Source: Antedon mediterranea
Lineage: Eukaryota; Animalia; Echinodermata
Length of the DNA stretch: 64,000 bases
NCBI RefSeq assembly: GCF_964355755.1
Contig: NC_092673.1
Location: forward strand, 14,294,948-14,358,947
Reading direction: 5' to 3'
Made by a program: the position numbers and the translations under genes. Below the pieces are notes generated by a model. The model worked only from the letters and a program-made list of their open reading frames with translations, made no database searches and was not told the origin of the DNA. Below, in pieces: positions 1-13,142 of this stretch (the stretch's first letter is position 1; the number at the start of each line of letters is the position of its first letter).

Positions 1-490
1 CTTATTGAAAAACATCTGAGGAGCTGGACTAAGAAGAGTTAGATGAAGGGGGTCATATCCTAGAAGAAATCCTCTAGAATGAGGATAAATTCATACATGT
101 ATGCATTTAGTGTAGAACTATTAATCTCAAAATTATATCATTGTTTACAAAATCATTCAATATGATAAAAGGTAGATAACTAAACAATGAAGTAATATCC
201 TAGTGTATTATTAATAACAAAGATCGGCACAAACATTTTATGTCATGAAATATATTAAATTAAAAACTTGGAAAGGGCACATACGATACGATAAAACTTT
301 ATTGTCACAACGGCAAAATATACAGTTATGAGATATAGGTCCTTAAGTACACTCAAGTTAGTATAAATAACCTGATAGCTGATAGAATATATGTATAGTA
401 AGTAAAAAGAGGGAAAAGTTTGTAATTGAGATTGAAGCTCCTGTTCTGAATTACTGTCAAGAAGAAGCAGAATATTGTCATACGTGTATT

Positions 491-953
491 ATGGAATACG
501 CTCCATAAAGCCATCAAATACAAGAATTCTCGGCTTACTCTTCGAGATGGACTGCATCTTGCAGTAGGAATATGCTTCTTTACCACGATGGTAACCACTG
601 GTTGGTAAAATTCAGACTTTGGTTCCATCTGCCATGCCGATGCTTCTTAAAATTACTTTAACATTAACGAAACTCTTGCAGAGTAACGCAAAGAACTCAT
701 GGCAGCTCACATAGGCTACGCACCAGAAGTCTTTTTTTTTACGAATTCACCACCTACATTTAAAGGTGACATTTCTAGCCTCGGAAATATGTTTCTGGAC
801 ATTATGGGACTATGTCTGAACATAGTACCTCTATGTAAACTCGGCAGGAAGTGTACACATACTATTCCAGAGTAAAGACCGACTATTTACTACATTGCCG
901 ACAAGCTGAAGAAGAAAACCAAATCTTGTGTATCTCAATGGTTTAATATCTGA
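491..953 (+). pseudogene. Protein kinase C-lobe remnant (subdomains V-XI)
   Basis: Hand translation gives SDFGS (~611-626), GYAPEV (~714-731), GDISSLG (~766-786) and CTHTIPE*RPT (~852-885). In-frame stops, frameshifts and a missing HxD catalytic loop. Confidence 0.8.
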
Positions 954-3139
954 TTTGTTGAACTTATGCAGACTTCATCAACCTACCTCGTAACTATCGT
1001 GCAATCTTACATATTTCTGTAAAATTTTTCAGCTAAAGCAATTATTACAATATAATCATTGTGCAATTTTAATGCAATAAATATATGATATATTTTTAAA
1101 ATGTTGTTTTGTTTACAAACATAATTGAAAGTCTTGTTATGTACCAATTATCTAAAATAAGACCATTGCCATTCTGGAGATCCACATAGACGCGCAGAGA
1201 CTATGGCGCGCCAAGTTATCTTTTATAAATACATCCATTAGTTATCTCTATTCAAAACTTAGATATACAGTAGTTAGATACTGTACATTTCTATTGATGG
1301 ATATTGATTGTGTATTAATCACTCAGTCAATCCGGCGAGATTGAGAAGAAGAAATATTAATATTGTATTTCTACATTTGTCTAATAATAATTTTTTTTTT
1401 TACATAATTGTAATTTGGCGTAGAAACATATGATGCTCACACATAGAAGCCCGTCTTAGGGACACTCCTGTTCAGGGGACACTTATATATATATGATTTT
1501 ACTGCCAACAAATATTTATAATTTGAGGGATCCAGATCGATCAATTGTTGTCACAGTGACACGTGTGTAGAGATACAGTAGAACCTCTTCTTTGAACTAG
1601 CTTACAGTTAGGCCTATCTTGGCAGCAGAACAAAAAAGAAGAAAAGTGATAAATGTTTGACTGAGCACTGTTGACATGCTGCTTACGAGTGGATTGTACT
1701 CATTACATTCTTTGCTTAATTATCGCCATTTGTGGTTTTTACTACATACTTTTTGTTTAGTTCTTTCTGATTTGTCTTATTAGCTTATTTAGAGACTATT
1801 TTGAACATCAGTTTTGCTAGGCCCTATCGTGTCTGTGTCTCCTTTGTTTACCATGCTGTACAAAGGACTGCACAGTGCTGCCAGCTCCTTTGTTTCTGGG
1901 CTTGGCTATAGGTCTGTGTCAGCCTATTAGTCATGTATTGCTATGCTTAGTTCTCGCCAACTCTTGTTAATAAGTTAAAACATTTTAAATATTTTTTGGC
2001 CTGTTTCTACGGGTTGTCGTGCTGGGAAACATGTGCACAAATTTGTGCGACTTCATCATTAAACACAAGGTCGATATATGGCTAACAAAGACTGTTATGG
2101 TGACCTCTAATAAAAAGTAAATTAGCACGGCGCTGAAACAATGTGCTTTAATCAAAAGTGAAAGTACTTTACTCTTACGCTTTTTTTCCCAAATTTTTTT
2201 TCCTTATGGTAAAATAATTTTTCAGATTTATAGGAGGGCGTGCGAAGGGTGCGCGCGCACCAACACCAGCCCCCCTGCATCTGTCTATTGCAGTAGTATA
2301 ACGTCATTTTTTAGGCAGGAACAGGATTGGTACCTATAAGAAGAACACTACAATTGCTAAATAACAATGTAATGCAGCCTAGGCCTGCCCTAACTAAACA
2401 AATATTAATATTATAATACCACACAGTGAGTTGTCTAGGCTAGTTATGGTCTAGACTATACTACAACTACTACTAATTAATTAAAGAATACAGTATATAA
2501 CCAAATATTTGCATATTTTAAAATATAAATCTTGTTCAAATTGTATTTTATATTAGGCTCATCGAGTACAGAGTTCACAGTCAGGTATTTCACATTATAA
2601 AAAAAACATAATCATTAAATAATTGTTTTAAATAATTAAAATATATTGTTTGATGTTAGTGTTACTTTTCGTGGTTGTGTTAAAATATAATATTTTGTTG
2701 ATACTTGTTTTTACTGATACTGTTTTATTGAATACTAATATGGTTTTTATAGTTTTCAAATTTTGCTAATTGTTTATTCAATTATTGTAAATATTAACAA
2801 AATTGACATGGACAGACACATGAATTTAAGAAGGCATTTTTGCTATTTATTAACAACGGTCATATATACAAGGGAAACTCTTTACCATTGAACAGAATCT
2901 AAATACATTTGGATTTGGGTTGAAGTTAAATATAATGATTTTTTTAAGGACATCTGCCACAATATTCCATTATATCAGGAATCAGACAGTGAAAGTGCCT
3001 ACAATAATGCAGATTATGTCCCCTCTATTGAAGAACGGTCTGACCCTTAATATTTGTGAGTTATGTTTTTTTTTCTCAATAAGTTCAAGTATAAAGATGC
3101 ACTGTTTCTAACATTCTTGCATGTTTTTTAGTGAGGACT

Positions 3140-4195
3140 ATGAAGCATCAGCACATACCGACAGAAGAAGTATCTTGTTGGCCAAGTGAACTAATGGCTC
3201 TTTTCGAAAGAAGTCGAACATGTGGAGGTGTAACAGAACGTAAAATAAAAACGAGAATGTAGCACTACGGTACAAATTACAGCCAAGTGCAAATCTTGTT
3301 GGTTTTTGAATGGTATAATCAGCCAAAACATGGCAACATGTTTTTATTTAAAATACTATTGTCAGAAAAAAAGAAACTTTTTCATATGAAAATAATCATA
3401 ACAATAATTTAACCAAATGACTCATCTTTTTTTTAATTTAGTAAATACAGTAACATTAAATTGCTTGATAATTTGATTTCACATCTTTTTTTTGCTGCCA
3501 GCTACATCATGTATTTTCTCAGCACAAACAAAAGGATCAATTTCAAAAGGAAGTGGATCTTTCTGGGGATATGAGGTGCGACTCAGAAAGTCGTCCATAT
3601 TGAAGTTGTAAAGCTTCTACAATAGTAAAATTTTAACTTTAAGATCGTGTTGGGTTAGGAGTGCATTTGAGATGATTTGTTTGAATGAATGCCTATTGAG
3701 CAAATTGGAAACTGGATACCATCAATTATTCGGATGGTATACTGGATCGTAAGTTCAAGCCCAGAAACAAAAATATAGTAGATGATGAAGAACTTGGGAA
3801 ACAGAAGTTTCAAACTATTTACAACCATGTGAGAGGTACTGTATACATAATCATGAAACACCTTTACACCCCAAGTGTCTCCATGAAGAACTGTCACCAC
3901 GTGATTATATCCTCCCTAGTAAGTTACTATATTTTTAAAGATATTAAATTGTAGATGTTCAGACCATAATTATTTTAGAGTAGGTCATGTTTCTAGTAAA
4001 TATTTTATTTCTTTTTAAGATTCAAAAGCTGATAAGACATTGTCAAAAGTGCTGAATTCCACTTATCTGCTGAATTCTGTAAAACAATTGTCACCTTCCA
4101 TCCAAACTTATTCATACGAGTCCTTCCATCAGGTAATCAACCATTTTGCCCCTAAGATGCACCTTTATCGCTTCAAGGGTATGGTTGCAAGGTAC
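3140..4195 (+). mobile_element. Kolobok-type DDE transposase remnant with introns
   Basis: LSGDMRCDS (~3559-3585), WIPSIIRMVYWIVSS...NHVR...HPKCLHEEL (~3700-3895), LSPSIQTYSYESFHQVINHFAPK...KGMVAR (ORF 4040-4261). I associate this motif set with Kolobok transposases; the superfamily call is from memory. Confidence 0.6.
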
Positions 4196-4775
4196 AGTAC
4201 TTTAAATTATTTATCCATAATATACCACTTTTTCTTATCAAGTTTATTATATTATTTTTAATATATTGCTGGTTTTCTCATTTTCAAAATATTCATTACT
4301 AAGATGCTTGATGTTACATTTGGTAAGAAAAATTAATTAAAATAGCTGTTTTGGAAAAATAAAACGTTATCTAAATATTGTGCAATTCGATTTAACACTA
4401 GAAAATGTTCTGCCAAACTCAAAGGCAAGGAAACTAGTTGAAAGGATGAAAAACCTCCGTCGCATCAATGAAATTAAAAATGTCATCAATAAACAATAAA
4501 TATTGTGATTCTCACGTATGCGCAACATAACTCTGATAGGCGCGTGGCTATGAATTTCGTAAAAGTGGCATTGAAAAAAGACATTAAGCTATTACTTACT
4601 TATCCAAGAATAAAAATATCAAAGGGACATGTAATTACTACTATGCTTTCGCGTCAATCAAAAATGTATTCCAAAATTCCTATCTCTGTAATGTAAAATA
4701 ACTTTTAGTGACGTCACATCAAGTTTTTTACAGGTTTCCCAGGTAGTATGACTATGGCAAGCTTAAAACTTTAAT

Positions 4776-6290
4776 TAAATGTTTAATATGACCAAATTAC
4801 TTGCGAAGTGGAAGGTAAACTCTTGTACTGTATGTCTTTCTTGGGATATCAGTTATACAGTACTGTAATGTATTTGTTTAAATAATAGGTCTAGACCCTG
4901 AGATATTAATATTATTTGTTTCTCATTTAAATAGACAAAGGTTAAAAAGGATGATGGTCATGCATAATGGTCATAATTGTAACACATTCTTATGTCTGAG
5001 TATGTGGTCATAAGTTACGTAGTATAAAGCGATTACTTTGACACATTGGTTTACTTCACTGACATAATCCCAATTTGCATTTGACATGTAACATTAATAA
5101 TTGCCGTTGTAGTTTTTGTAAGTTTTCTTCATACCGTAGTCTGTATCGGAAGCATAGAAATTTGCTGGGCTTGGAAGGTAATCATTTCAATGAAAACTAT
5201 GTCGAGGATAAAGTGGATGCAGATGCAGACTTTGATATGAAGCTTTATGGTGGTAATGATATAACAATCCCTGAAGTACTGAAAAAACATTTAGCATTGT
5301 TCATACTGAAAACAAAAGAGTATCATATCCTCCCAAAAGTGACATATTTGAAAATGCAATGTTCCTAAAGTCCATCAGTCAAAATAATCATGCTGAACAT
5401 TTTTTCCACCACCGGATACACTATTGATTGGAGAATTTTGGACAGAGAAGATAGAGAGTACCCCTGAATAGTACGGGAGGACATTTACATAAAAAAGAAG
5501 AAACGTTCTCTCAACCGTGACTTGAAACTAGAATTACCGTCCTTGTATAGTGGAATCTTCACAAATCCTCATAACACTCGTAGGATTCTACTGATGAAGG
5601 CACGTGAAACGTGACGAAAATCCCATGTATGTTAACTTTGTGCTGTAAGTTTGTTTAAAAAACACTTTACAGTTATCATTTAACTCCCTAAGTTCTGAAT
5701 ACTGGTTAAAAGAATTATTGTTTATCAAATTTGGCAATGGTTGAGTCACAAGAATGTATCCTTGGAGAGGAAATTAAAAATGGAAAAAAAGGGTTGTGCA
5801 TATCAGTATATTACAATTTTAAAGGGGTTAAAACATTATCTGGCTCAAAATGATGTTGGACAAGCACACATCAAGTGCAGAGTCAACATCCTGAGGTATT
5901 AGTTGGTTATACAAGTGGTACAATTTCACCAATAATGAATTTTTTCATCGTAATCCCAATGCATTATGGTTATTGTTGTTTGAGTCAAGATATAGAAGCA
6001 CTCTAAAAAATATCCATCTTGCACTCCTTGTTAGATACAAGCTACTGTAGTACATAAGTATGTACAAGGAAATCCTAAGGCCTTTGATCTCTGATCTAAA
6101 CATTTTGGAAACTACAGGCATTATACTGTACTTGTTAATGGACATCAGTATCATCGACTAGAATTTATTGGTAAGCATACCTGCTGATAACTTGTCAAGT
6201 CACTCTATTGGTGTGTTTTCTTGTAACCTTTGTTTATTTTGTCGATTTTGTATGGCTACTAAGGATGAAATTCAGGTCAATTTTGATGAA
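4776..6290 (+). mobile_element. CMC/EnSpm (CACTA)-type transposase remnant, family A, copy 1
   Basis: HLALFILKTKEYHILP (ORF 5075-5368), RYRSTLKNIHLA (~5988-6023), IPADNLSSHSIGVFSCNLCLFCRFCMATKDEI (~6177-6272), typical of animal EnSpm transposases. Many deletions and stops. Confidence 0.75.
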
Positions 6291-6471
6291 ACATTCATTG
6301 TAACACTAAACTGTCATGCATAATCATAAATTGTAAATTAATTAAATAACTTTTTGTTTTTATATCATTCACTAAAAAACAGCTATAATTGATATAACTA
6401 CACACTGACATGAAATAGAATGAAACAATTAAATATACTGTATAAAAAATATTTATATGATTTGCCCTTTA

Positions 6472-8160
6472 GGAAGCGTTTTACTGTAAAAGTGCAAGGG
6501 ATCGTCCGGCCACAGGTTACTTAGAGGAGCATATGCTATACATTCGCAAAAAAATGATAGATGCATCTACCTCTAGTAGTACAAACAGGAAAGTTGCATG
6601 TACAGGTAATTTACTTTACTTTTTATATCAGATTGTTATTTTTATTATAACATTTATTTATAATACATGTTTGCTATCCTTCTAATGTACAGGCGAATAC
6701 TAATTCAATGACAATTATTATTATAAAATGATTAATTCTGCAGTAATGTGTTACTTTTCTGCAGTAAGTAATCCACATCCTGAACCACTATCAGAAGAAG
6801 TACAACAGTGGATGGAACGTACATCAAACTACCGGTTTGAGTGGATCAAGAATAAAAGAACGCTCTATACAGGAAATTGTAAACAAATTTCCCAGACTTT
6901 TAGATGAGAGTATGGTAAGCCAAATTCAACATACTGTATATCAATAATATGTTCTTACCAGCTATTACATATCACTGCTCTGCAGACAATTTAATTTATA
7001 CTAGTTTTTTTTAAACTTGTGGTGTCAACTGCGCATGGAGTAATTAAAATACCTTTAGAAAATCGCCAATATTAGTTATTACCATTATGCTGTGTAGTTG
7101 TTAATGCTGTGGTCTGCTTTGCATCTTAGTTTTTTCTACATTCCTTTTTATAGATTGACCAGGATTTTAATTCACTCTATCCAGAAGTAAGTGATAACAT
7201 TTACAAAAAGTGGAAGGGGATGGTAGATTCAATTTATGAGTATGAATACCAGATGTGCCCTTTTTTGAGGGCAGCAATATGCTTATCACCTGAAAGCGAT
7301 TTAAAATTGTTGTCTCCAGGTTTTATGTTTTCAAAATTATGTTAAATACAATTTGTATATATTTGTATATTATCTACCTTTAATACGATGCTATTTGTAA
7401 AAATTGTATTAATGGAGAAGGTTGTTTAAGAATCTCATGGTAATTTGATTAAACATTCTTCATAGATCAGAAATCTATTTTGGGAATATTGATGATGCCA
7501 ATTCTATTTGACACGCCTAAGAAGCCGGCTAGTGTTTATTCAATCTTGCCTACATTTATAGATTCACGACGAGTACGTAAATATTATTATTTTTATTCGG
7601 GCAAAATGAGTGTAGTTGTACACGTCATATAATTTAACATAAGTATTTCTTTTACTATTTGTATTATTTTTTTGTTTTATGGACTGAATTCTGGAATATA
7701 AGAAGTTAATTAAAGTTAAATAAGGTTGTAAACAAAATACGTGATCAGACAAATATTGAAAGTGAATCTTTTAATGCTTAAGTGCAAACAATCATTTTAG
7801 AGTTAAAAGAACTTCATAATTATTATATTATATCCAGATTTGGTTTGCAATTAGTGCTTTATTTTTGTTTCTCCGGGAAATAATAAATATTGATCAATAT
7901 TTGGAAAATGTTTGTCACCACACCCACAGCCCTACATATTGGCTCTTGGAGCCGATAAGTTGACAAGTAAGGAACACTGTGTGGTTATGGAAAAAATGTA
8001 ATCAAGCAGCCTTCCCTGCTACAAGGCACACTTTGTGCTTGATTGTAACTACCAAATGCAAATGGGTTTGAAAGTTATTTTAAAGTTGTATTTATAAGCA
8101 GTCAAAAGATAAGGTTGAAAGTTCCTCATTGAGGGCTTTTTTAGGACTTATTTGAAATTC
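6472..8160 (+). pseudogene. SAMD3-like second ORF of the EnSpm element (multi-exon, decayed)
   Basis: Exon-like pieces separated by GT-AG introns: ATGYLEEHMLYIRK (~6510-6550), WMERT...VNKFPRLLD (~6808-6905), IDQDFNSLYPE...YKKW (~7154-7213), PQPYILALG (~7923-7950). Lies downstream of the EnSpm transposase, as in animal CMC elements. Confidence 0.65.
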
Positions 8161-8380
8161 AAACAAGTGTAGTAAAAAATGAGTAATATAAAGCCATAAT
8201 CTGAAGCAAATTTACTATTTAGTGGAAGTCATTTGCAAGATAGTGATGCAAAATTAAGAACTTACATATCAGATATAGATGATTTTATATTAAAGATGTA
8301 TGAACTGCGAGATTTTTTATTAAAAAGAGCCGTAACAGCGTTAACAAACCAGAGAATTAAAGTTGAAGATGTACCTTTTC

Positions 8381-8699
8381 GGCTACCGGTTTTACTAAAG
8401 GGAGCACATTTATATCGGTATTTAGATGCGCTACCCAATATTTTATAATGGGTAGCACAGCTTAATGGGCATACTATAGCATTAGGCTACCGGTTTTACT
8501 AAAGGGAGCACATTTATATCGGTATTTAGTTGTGCTACCCAATATTTTATAATGGGTTGCACAGCTTAATGGGCATACTATAGCATTCGGCTACCCGTTT
8601 TACGAAAGGGAGCAAAATATATCGGTATTTAGTTGTGCTACCCAATATTTTATAATTAGTAGCACAGCTTAATGGGCATACTATAGCATTAAGCTACCC
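8381..8699. repeat. Tandem repeat, 104-bp unit x3, probably subterminal repeats of the EnSpm element
   Basis: Units starting ggctacc at 8381, 8485 and 8589, near-identical, with a partial fourth start near 8693. Confidence 0.95.
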
Positions 8700-8714
8700 A
8701 AGAGGGAAATTGTA

Positions 8715-9050
8715 TTTTTATTTATTTTATATATTTATTTTATTCACAATATTTAACCAGGGTGGCCCAATCAGTCAAAAAGACTGGTTTCCCTTCAATA
8801 GTACTTAACAGTAACATAATAGAACTTCAACTACAGTAATGCCTTAAAGTTACTTTTGAAAACATTTAAATTACTTAACGATTTAGTTTCTTCACTTAAT
8901 GTGAAGATTAGCACCTTTCCATTTAAATGATTGCTTATATTACTCTGTTCTACATTTTTCCAGGGAAAGTGATTTGCAACTACTTCTTCTAAAATGATTT
9001 TCATTAGAAAAACTTTTTTCTAATAGTGCATTTACAAATAATATTTGTTA
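8715..9050 (-). mobile_element. CR1/L2 LINE 3' end remnant
   Basis: The minus strand reads KCRTE*YKQSFKWKG (ORF2 tail-like), followed by a short stem-loop and an (AAAT)n-like tail at 8715-8745. Confidence 0.5.
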
Positions 9051-10086
9051 AATAATTAATAGAAAAATATTTGCTATCGCCATTGTTATCGTAATAAAAA
9101 AAATACAATATTTCTTTTCTCCGCAGAGAAGAAGCGCGTCGCAAATATTTTGTGGATGCCACAACGATTCTCTATTTGGAGGATACTCGTAATGTTACCT
9201 GGTATGTTTGCTTCTCGCTATAAAGTTTGAGATCTTAAAGCTAGATGCAACATACCATTCAAGAAGGTATGGAAGCCAAGAAAAACTGCGGGTGGATGGG
9301 CATTAGACATTGACCGTCTCTATGAAACTTTAAAAATTAGATAGGATTTTCTAGAAAACGTGGATGGGCCAGAATTTTGGCGAACAAACATATGGACGAC
9401 GGCCAACAACTGTCTTGTCACTATCTAATATCAATAGTTCCCAGGAGCTGGTTGGAAATAAGATGCATAGCCCTCATATGTTTTGGAGGGTTGGTGATGA
9501 CCTGGAAGGCAACCTAATTTCAGAGGGGAAATGTATCTTAAACAACTGAATAAGAGAGCAGGAAAGAAAAGGAAATTCTGAATTTTTGTCTTGTGACTCA
9601 AAATGCCAAGACGCAATTGTTGGAGGTAAAGTTGGTCCACACAGGATGGATGGCTTTAACATTTATATGTCGTGCACCAAATCAGAGTAAAGTTTCGGTC
9701 AACATTGGAGAAAATGATTGATCGGGTTCATCCAGAAAAGTTATTAGATATCAAACTTGAAAATATGGGGATTTGTGTAGACCATGCAATTACACAAACA
9801 ATGGAATATAAACTAGAGAAGTTAGTCAAGGAGCTTCTCAGTAAGATGTTTTTCCATATAAAAAATCATTTTTAACGTTTATTACCGTAGGCATATTTTG
9901 TTAAAACTTCCGTGAAAAAAAATGTATAATAGGCCTATTGTAAGCACAACATTAAGTTTCAATAACAAATATTAATTAAATCTCTACAGGTTAACCTTAT
10001 TAATTGATGGTAGAGATGGCACTAAATATCGGGCCGCAAGAATACGTAGGCTGGAAGCAAATATTAAAGCCGGAGGGGTACACCGT

Positions 10087-11411
10087 CAGGGGCGCAGCCA
10101 GTGGGGGGGTCACGGGGGTCCTGACCCCCCCTTTTTTTTAGAAAAAATAAATAAAAACATGAGACAACAATACAGATCAAATCATCCTGGAGATACTGTG
10201 GAAGATTACTACCGAGCAGTATTACCAAATCAACTTCTTGATTACAAACCGAGTTAAAAACCCGTTTTTCTGCCGATAACAGGCCATGCTTTAAAATATT
10301 TGGCGTAGCACCCGAGTCTATAGTGAAGTGTAATGTTGAAGAAGTCTTCAAGGAACTTGAATTTGGTACGATGATCTGCCAAGACACGAACATCTTCATT
10401 CCGAGCTTCAGTGATGGAAGCGACTGTGTAAAATTAGCGGATCCAAATGTGTTCCCGAATGTGCGTGCACTTCTTCTAATCGCGTAGGCCTATGCCCGTA
10501 ACGTCTGCTGAAGCTGAGTGGAGTTTTTCGACTTTATGGAGAACGAAAACCTGTTTGGAAAATCACATGTCTTATGAGCAGCTTTCGGGACTGTGCCTCA
10601 TGAAAATACACTTTAACATGAACATTAATACAGAGAATGTCATTCGCGAATTCTGTCTCCAAGCCAAGAAGAATGTTCCAAACTTATGTTTAAAGATGCA
10701 TCACGCGATGTCAAGAGCGCCGTTATAGTAACTAACGTAAAATGTATGATAATAATTTAGAAGTTAGTTATTACAATTATGTATAAGCTATCACCTATAC
10801 TATACATTCGAACAAAATAGGTATATTTTTAAACAAAATATTGTATGTACTGGGTATGATAAGCGTCTCACATACACACGGAGCCAAGATAGCTTCTTGG
10901 ACTTGCACAGTGTATGAACTCCAACCTTACGGTTCTCATTTAATAACATCACTCCCTCCATGCTATCATTCTAATTTCTTTTTTCAAACTTTTGCATCTC
11001 TACGTTCATTTCATGCAACTTTTGTATTGGTGAAAAGGGAGGAATTCAAATAATTCCTCCTCTGAGTTTACAGCCTCTCTACACAAATCAACAAACAAGC
11101 AAGAAAAAAAGTGTTTGTCTGTGGCAGCCTGGAATATAAAAATGTTCTGTAATGAAAATGAGAGTTGTTTTTTGTTTTCTTTGTTTCAGTTTATTAGTGT
11201 TAACATTGTCATATTTGTGTGTGCGTAAACCGATTCAAATGATCTAGATTGCCCTAGACCGCCAAAGCTTCCAGGGGGCTTTGCCCCCTGGACCCCAACC
11301 GGGGGCCCTTGGCGGCCCCCTGGCCCCCAGCCCATGGTTGCTCGCTTCGCTCGCAAAATACTCACATATTGGTTGACCCCCCCCTTTAATTCTTTGCTGG
11401 CTGCGCCCCTG
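10087..11411 (+). mobile_element. Internally deleted hAT element with 15-bp TIRs and 5-bp TSD
   Basis: TIR caggggcgcagccag / ctggctgcgcccctg. TSD accgt at 10082-10086 and 11412-11416. hAT C-terminal dimerisation motif PVTSAEAEWSFSTLWRTKT...LSGLCLMKIH (10492-10728). Confidence 0.92.
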
Positions 11412-11559
11412 ACCGTGACAAAGATGGGGGTTTTCATATTCGGATTACGAAAAAGTAGGACGAAACGGGACAGAAAGAAGAGGAAGTGGGCCTATTACCA
11501 ATACCAGTAAAAAAAAAGGAAAAGCGCTGTGAATAAACGGTTAGAATCTGAGCATACTG

Positions 11560-12107
11560 TAGACAACAAAACCTACAGTATAGTCAGGAAATAAACAAAC
11601 TAAATAAAGAATTAGCACCAACTTACATAATAAACAGATTTAATATCAAAGAAAATCATTATGACACAAGATCTCAAGATCAACTAATGCTACCTAAACC
11701 TAGAACAGACTATACAAAACGGAGCCTGTCTTTAGAGGTGATAAATTATGGAATGAACTAAGTAATTTAATATGAATGTAGATGTGTAAATTAAGATTTT
11801 CAGTTTTTAGTTAAATTCTTATTAATAATTTAATTAATATCTTTAGTATTAAGTTTAATTATTTAAGTAAAAATAGACTTATGCTCTGTTCATTTTGATG
11901 TTTATTCTTTTGTAAATTTGGCTTTTACAATCTATTGTAAAATTTTAATTCATTCTAGTTTAAGTATAAATTAAGATAAACTGTTGTTGTTACTTGTTTA
12001 ATTGTTAAATTTGATTTATGTATGTCTTACAGCCTTGTCGAAAAACACCATTGAGGTGAACAAGTGTTACCGTGATTAAATAAAGTTTTTATTATTATTA
12101 TTATTAA
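11560..12107 (+). mobile_element. 5'-truncated CR1/L2 LINE (ORF2 tail, 3' UTR, (TTA)n tail)
   Basis: HYDTRSQDQLMLPKPRTDYTKRSLS / RGDKLWNEL (~11657-11760), then an AT-rich UTR, a stem-loop, aataaa and (tta)n at ~12080-12107. Confidence 0.75.
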
Positions 12108-12508
12108 TTAGAAGTCGAGAAATTGAAAAGAAGAAATTTGGAGTATAAAGAAAGCAATTTAAAGGCTATGTTGGATAAAGAACAAGAGCTAAGGTAGAAA
12201 TCAGTACAAGAAACTACTTGTTCAGACCATATTCCAAAACTCAATTATAATGATTTTAATAATTTAAAAATGACAATTGGAAAAGGCACATTTGGAGTTG
12301 TGCGGTTGTATCGCTACAGAAACCAACGCGTTGCAATAAAACAGTTTAAAAATCCTAAACGTTTAAGAAAAGAGAATCTTCGAAAAACTATAATAAAAGA
12401 AGCTAATATGATGCTTTCCATTAAACCGCATCCCAACCTAGTAAAGTTTGTAGGATGAATACCATCTATGGACCCACCTAGTCTTGTTACGTTCTTTGTT
12501 AAAGGTAA

Positions 12509-13140
12509 TTACCATCCTTGTATAGTGGAATCTTCTGACTGACGTCATCAAGTCAGAAAAGGTCACCAATCCTCATAACACTCATAGGATTCTACTATTA
12601 AATGAAGGCACATATTAATCCAAGGTATATTGAATTTTGTGCTGTGAGTTTGTTTAAAAAACAGTTCACAGTAGATTTAGTACATCTACATTACAGTAAG
12701 TGAATAATGTAGAGTCACTTGGACAGGAAATTAAAAATGGAAAAAGGTTGTGCATATTATTTATTTCTTAGCAGTATATTCCCATTTTAGAGGTGTTGAA
12801 ACATTATCTGGCTCAAAATGATGTTTGGATAAGCACACATCAAGTGTAGAACGTCACATCATCCTCATTTATTAGTTGGTTATACAAATCCCCTTTTTTC
12901 TCCTTTACCATGCCACCTAGAGTCTGGGACGACTGAGTCGACACAACTTGTGCTGACCGAGGTTCAATTAGACTGATCCCTGAAAAGCGACGAAGGCGTT
13001 TCCCCTACTTCGGTTTGGGTTTTTTTTGGCATGGTTGGAATTTCCCTTTTTTCGTATTAGTTTATGTACATGGTACCAATTTCACCAATAATGAATATTT
13101 TAATCATAATCCCCATGCATTATGGTTATTGAGTCAAGAT
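12509..13140 (+). mobile_element. EnSpm family A, copy 2 (partial, with ~180-bp insert)
   Basis: Aligns by eye with 5534-5995 (tccttgtatagtggaatcttc; aatttcaccaataatgaat; atgcattatggttatt). Extra sequence at ~12887-13066. Confidence 0.85.
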
Positions 13141-13142
13141 AC

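Larger units (their letters stand above)
9127..12505 (+). pseudogene. Multi-exon protein kinase gene remnant (N-terminal region, coiled coil, kinase N-lobe) interrupted by hAT and LINE insertions
   Basis: IGKGTFGVV...VAIKQF...KEANMMLSIKPHPNLVKFVG (12270-12458) matches subdomains I-IV and is preceded in frame by the coiled coil LEVEKLKRRNLEYKE. The upstream exon (~9990) reads through the hAT insertion site in frame (GGVHR|DKDGG). Linking all pieces into one gene is inferred. Confidence 0.7.

Noticed and set aside
12270-12458. Functional host kinase gene
   Set aside because: Stops at ~12195 and 12456, two TE insertions upstream and loss of the C-lobe; kept only as a pseudogene.
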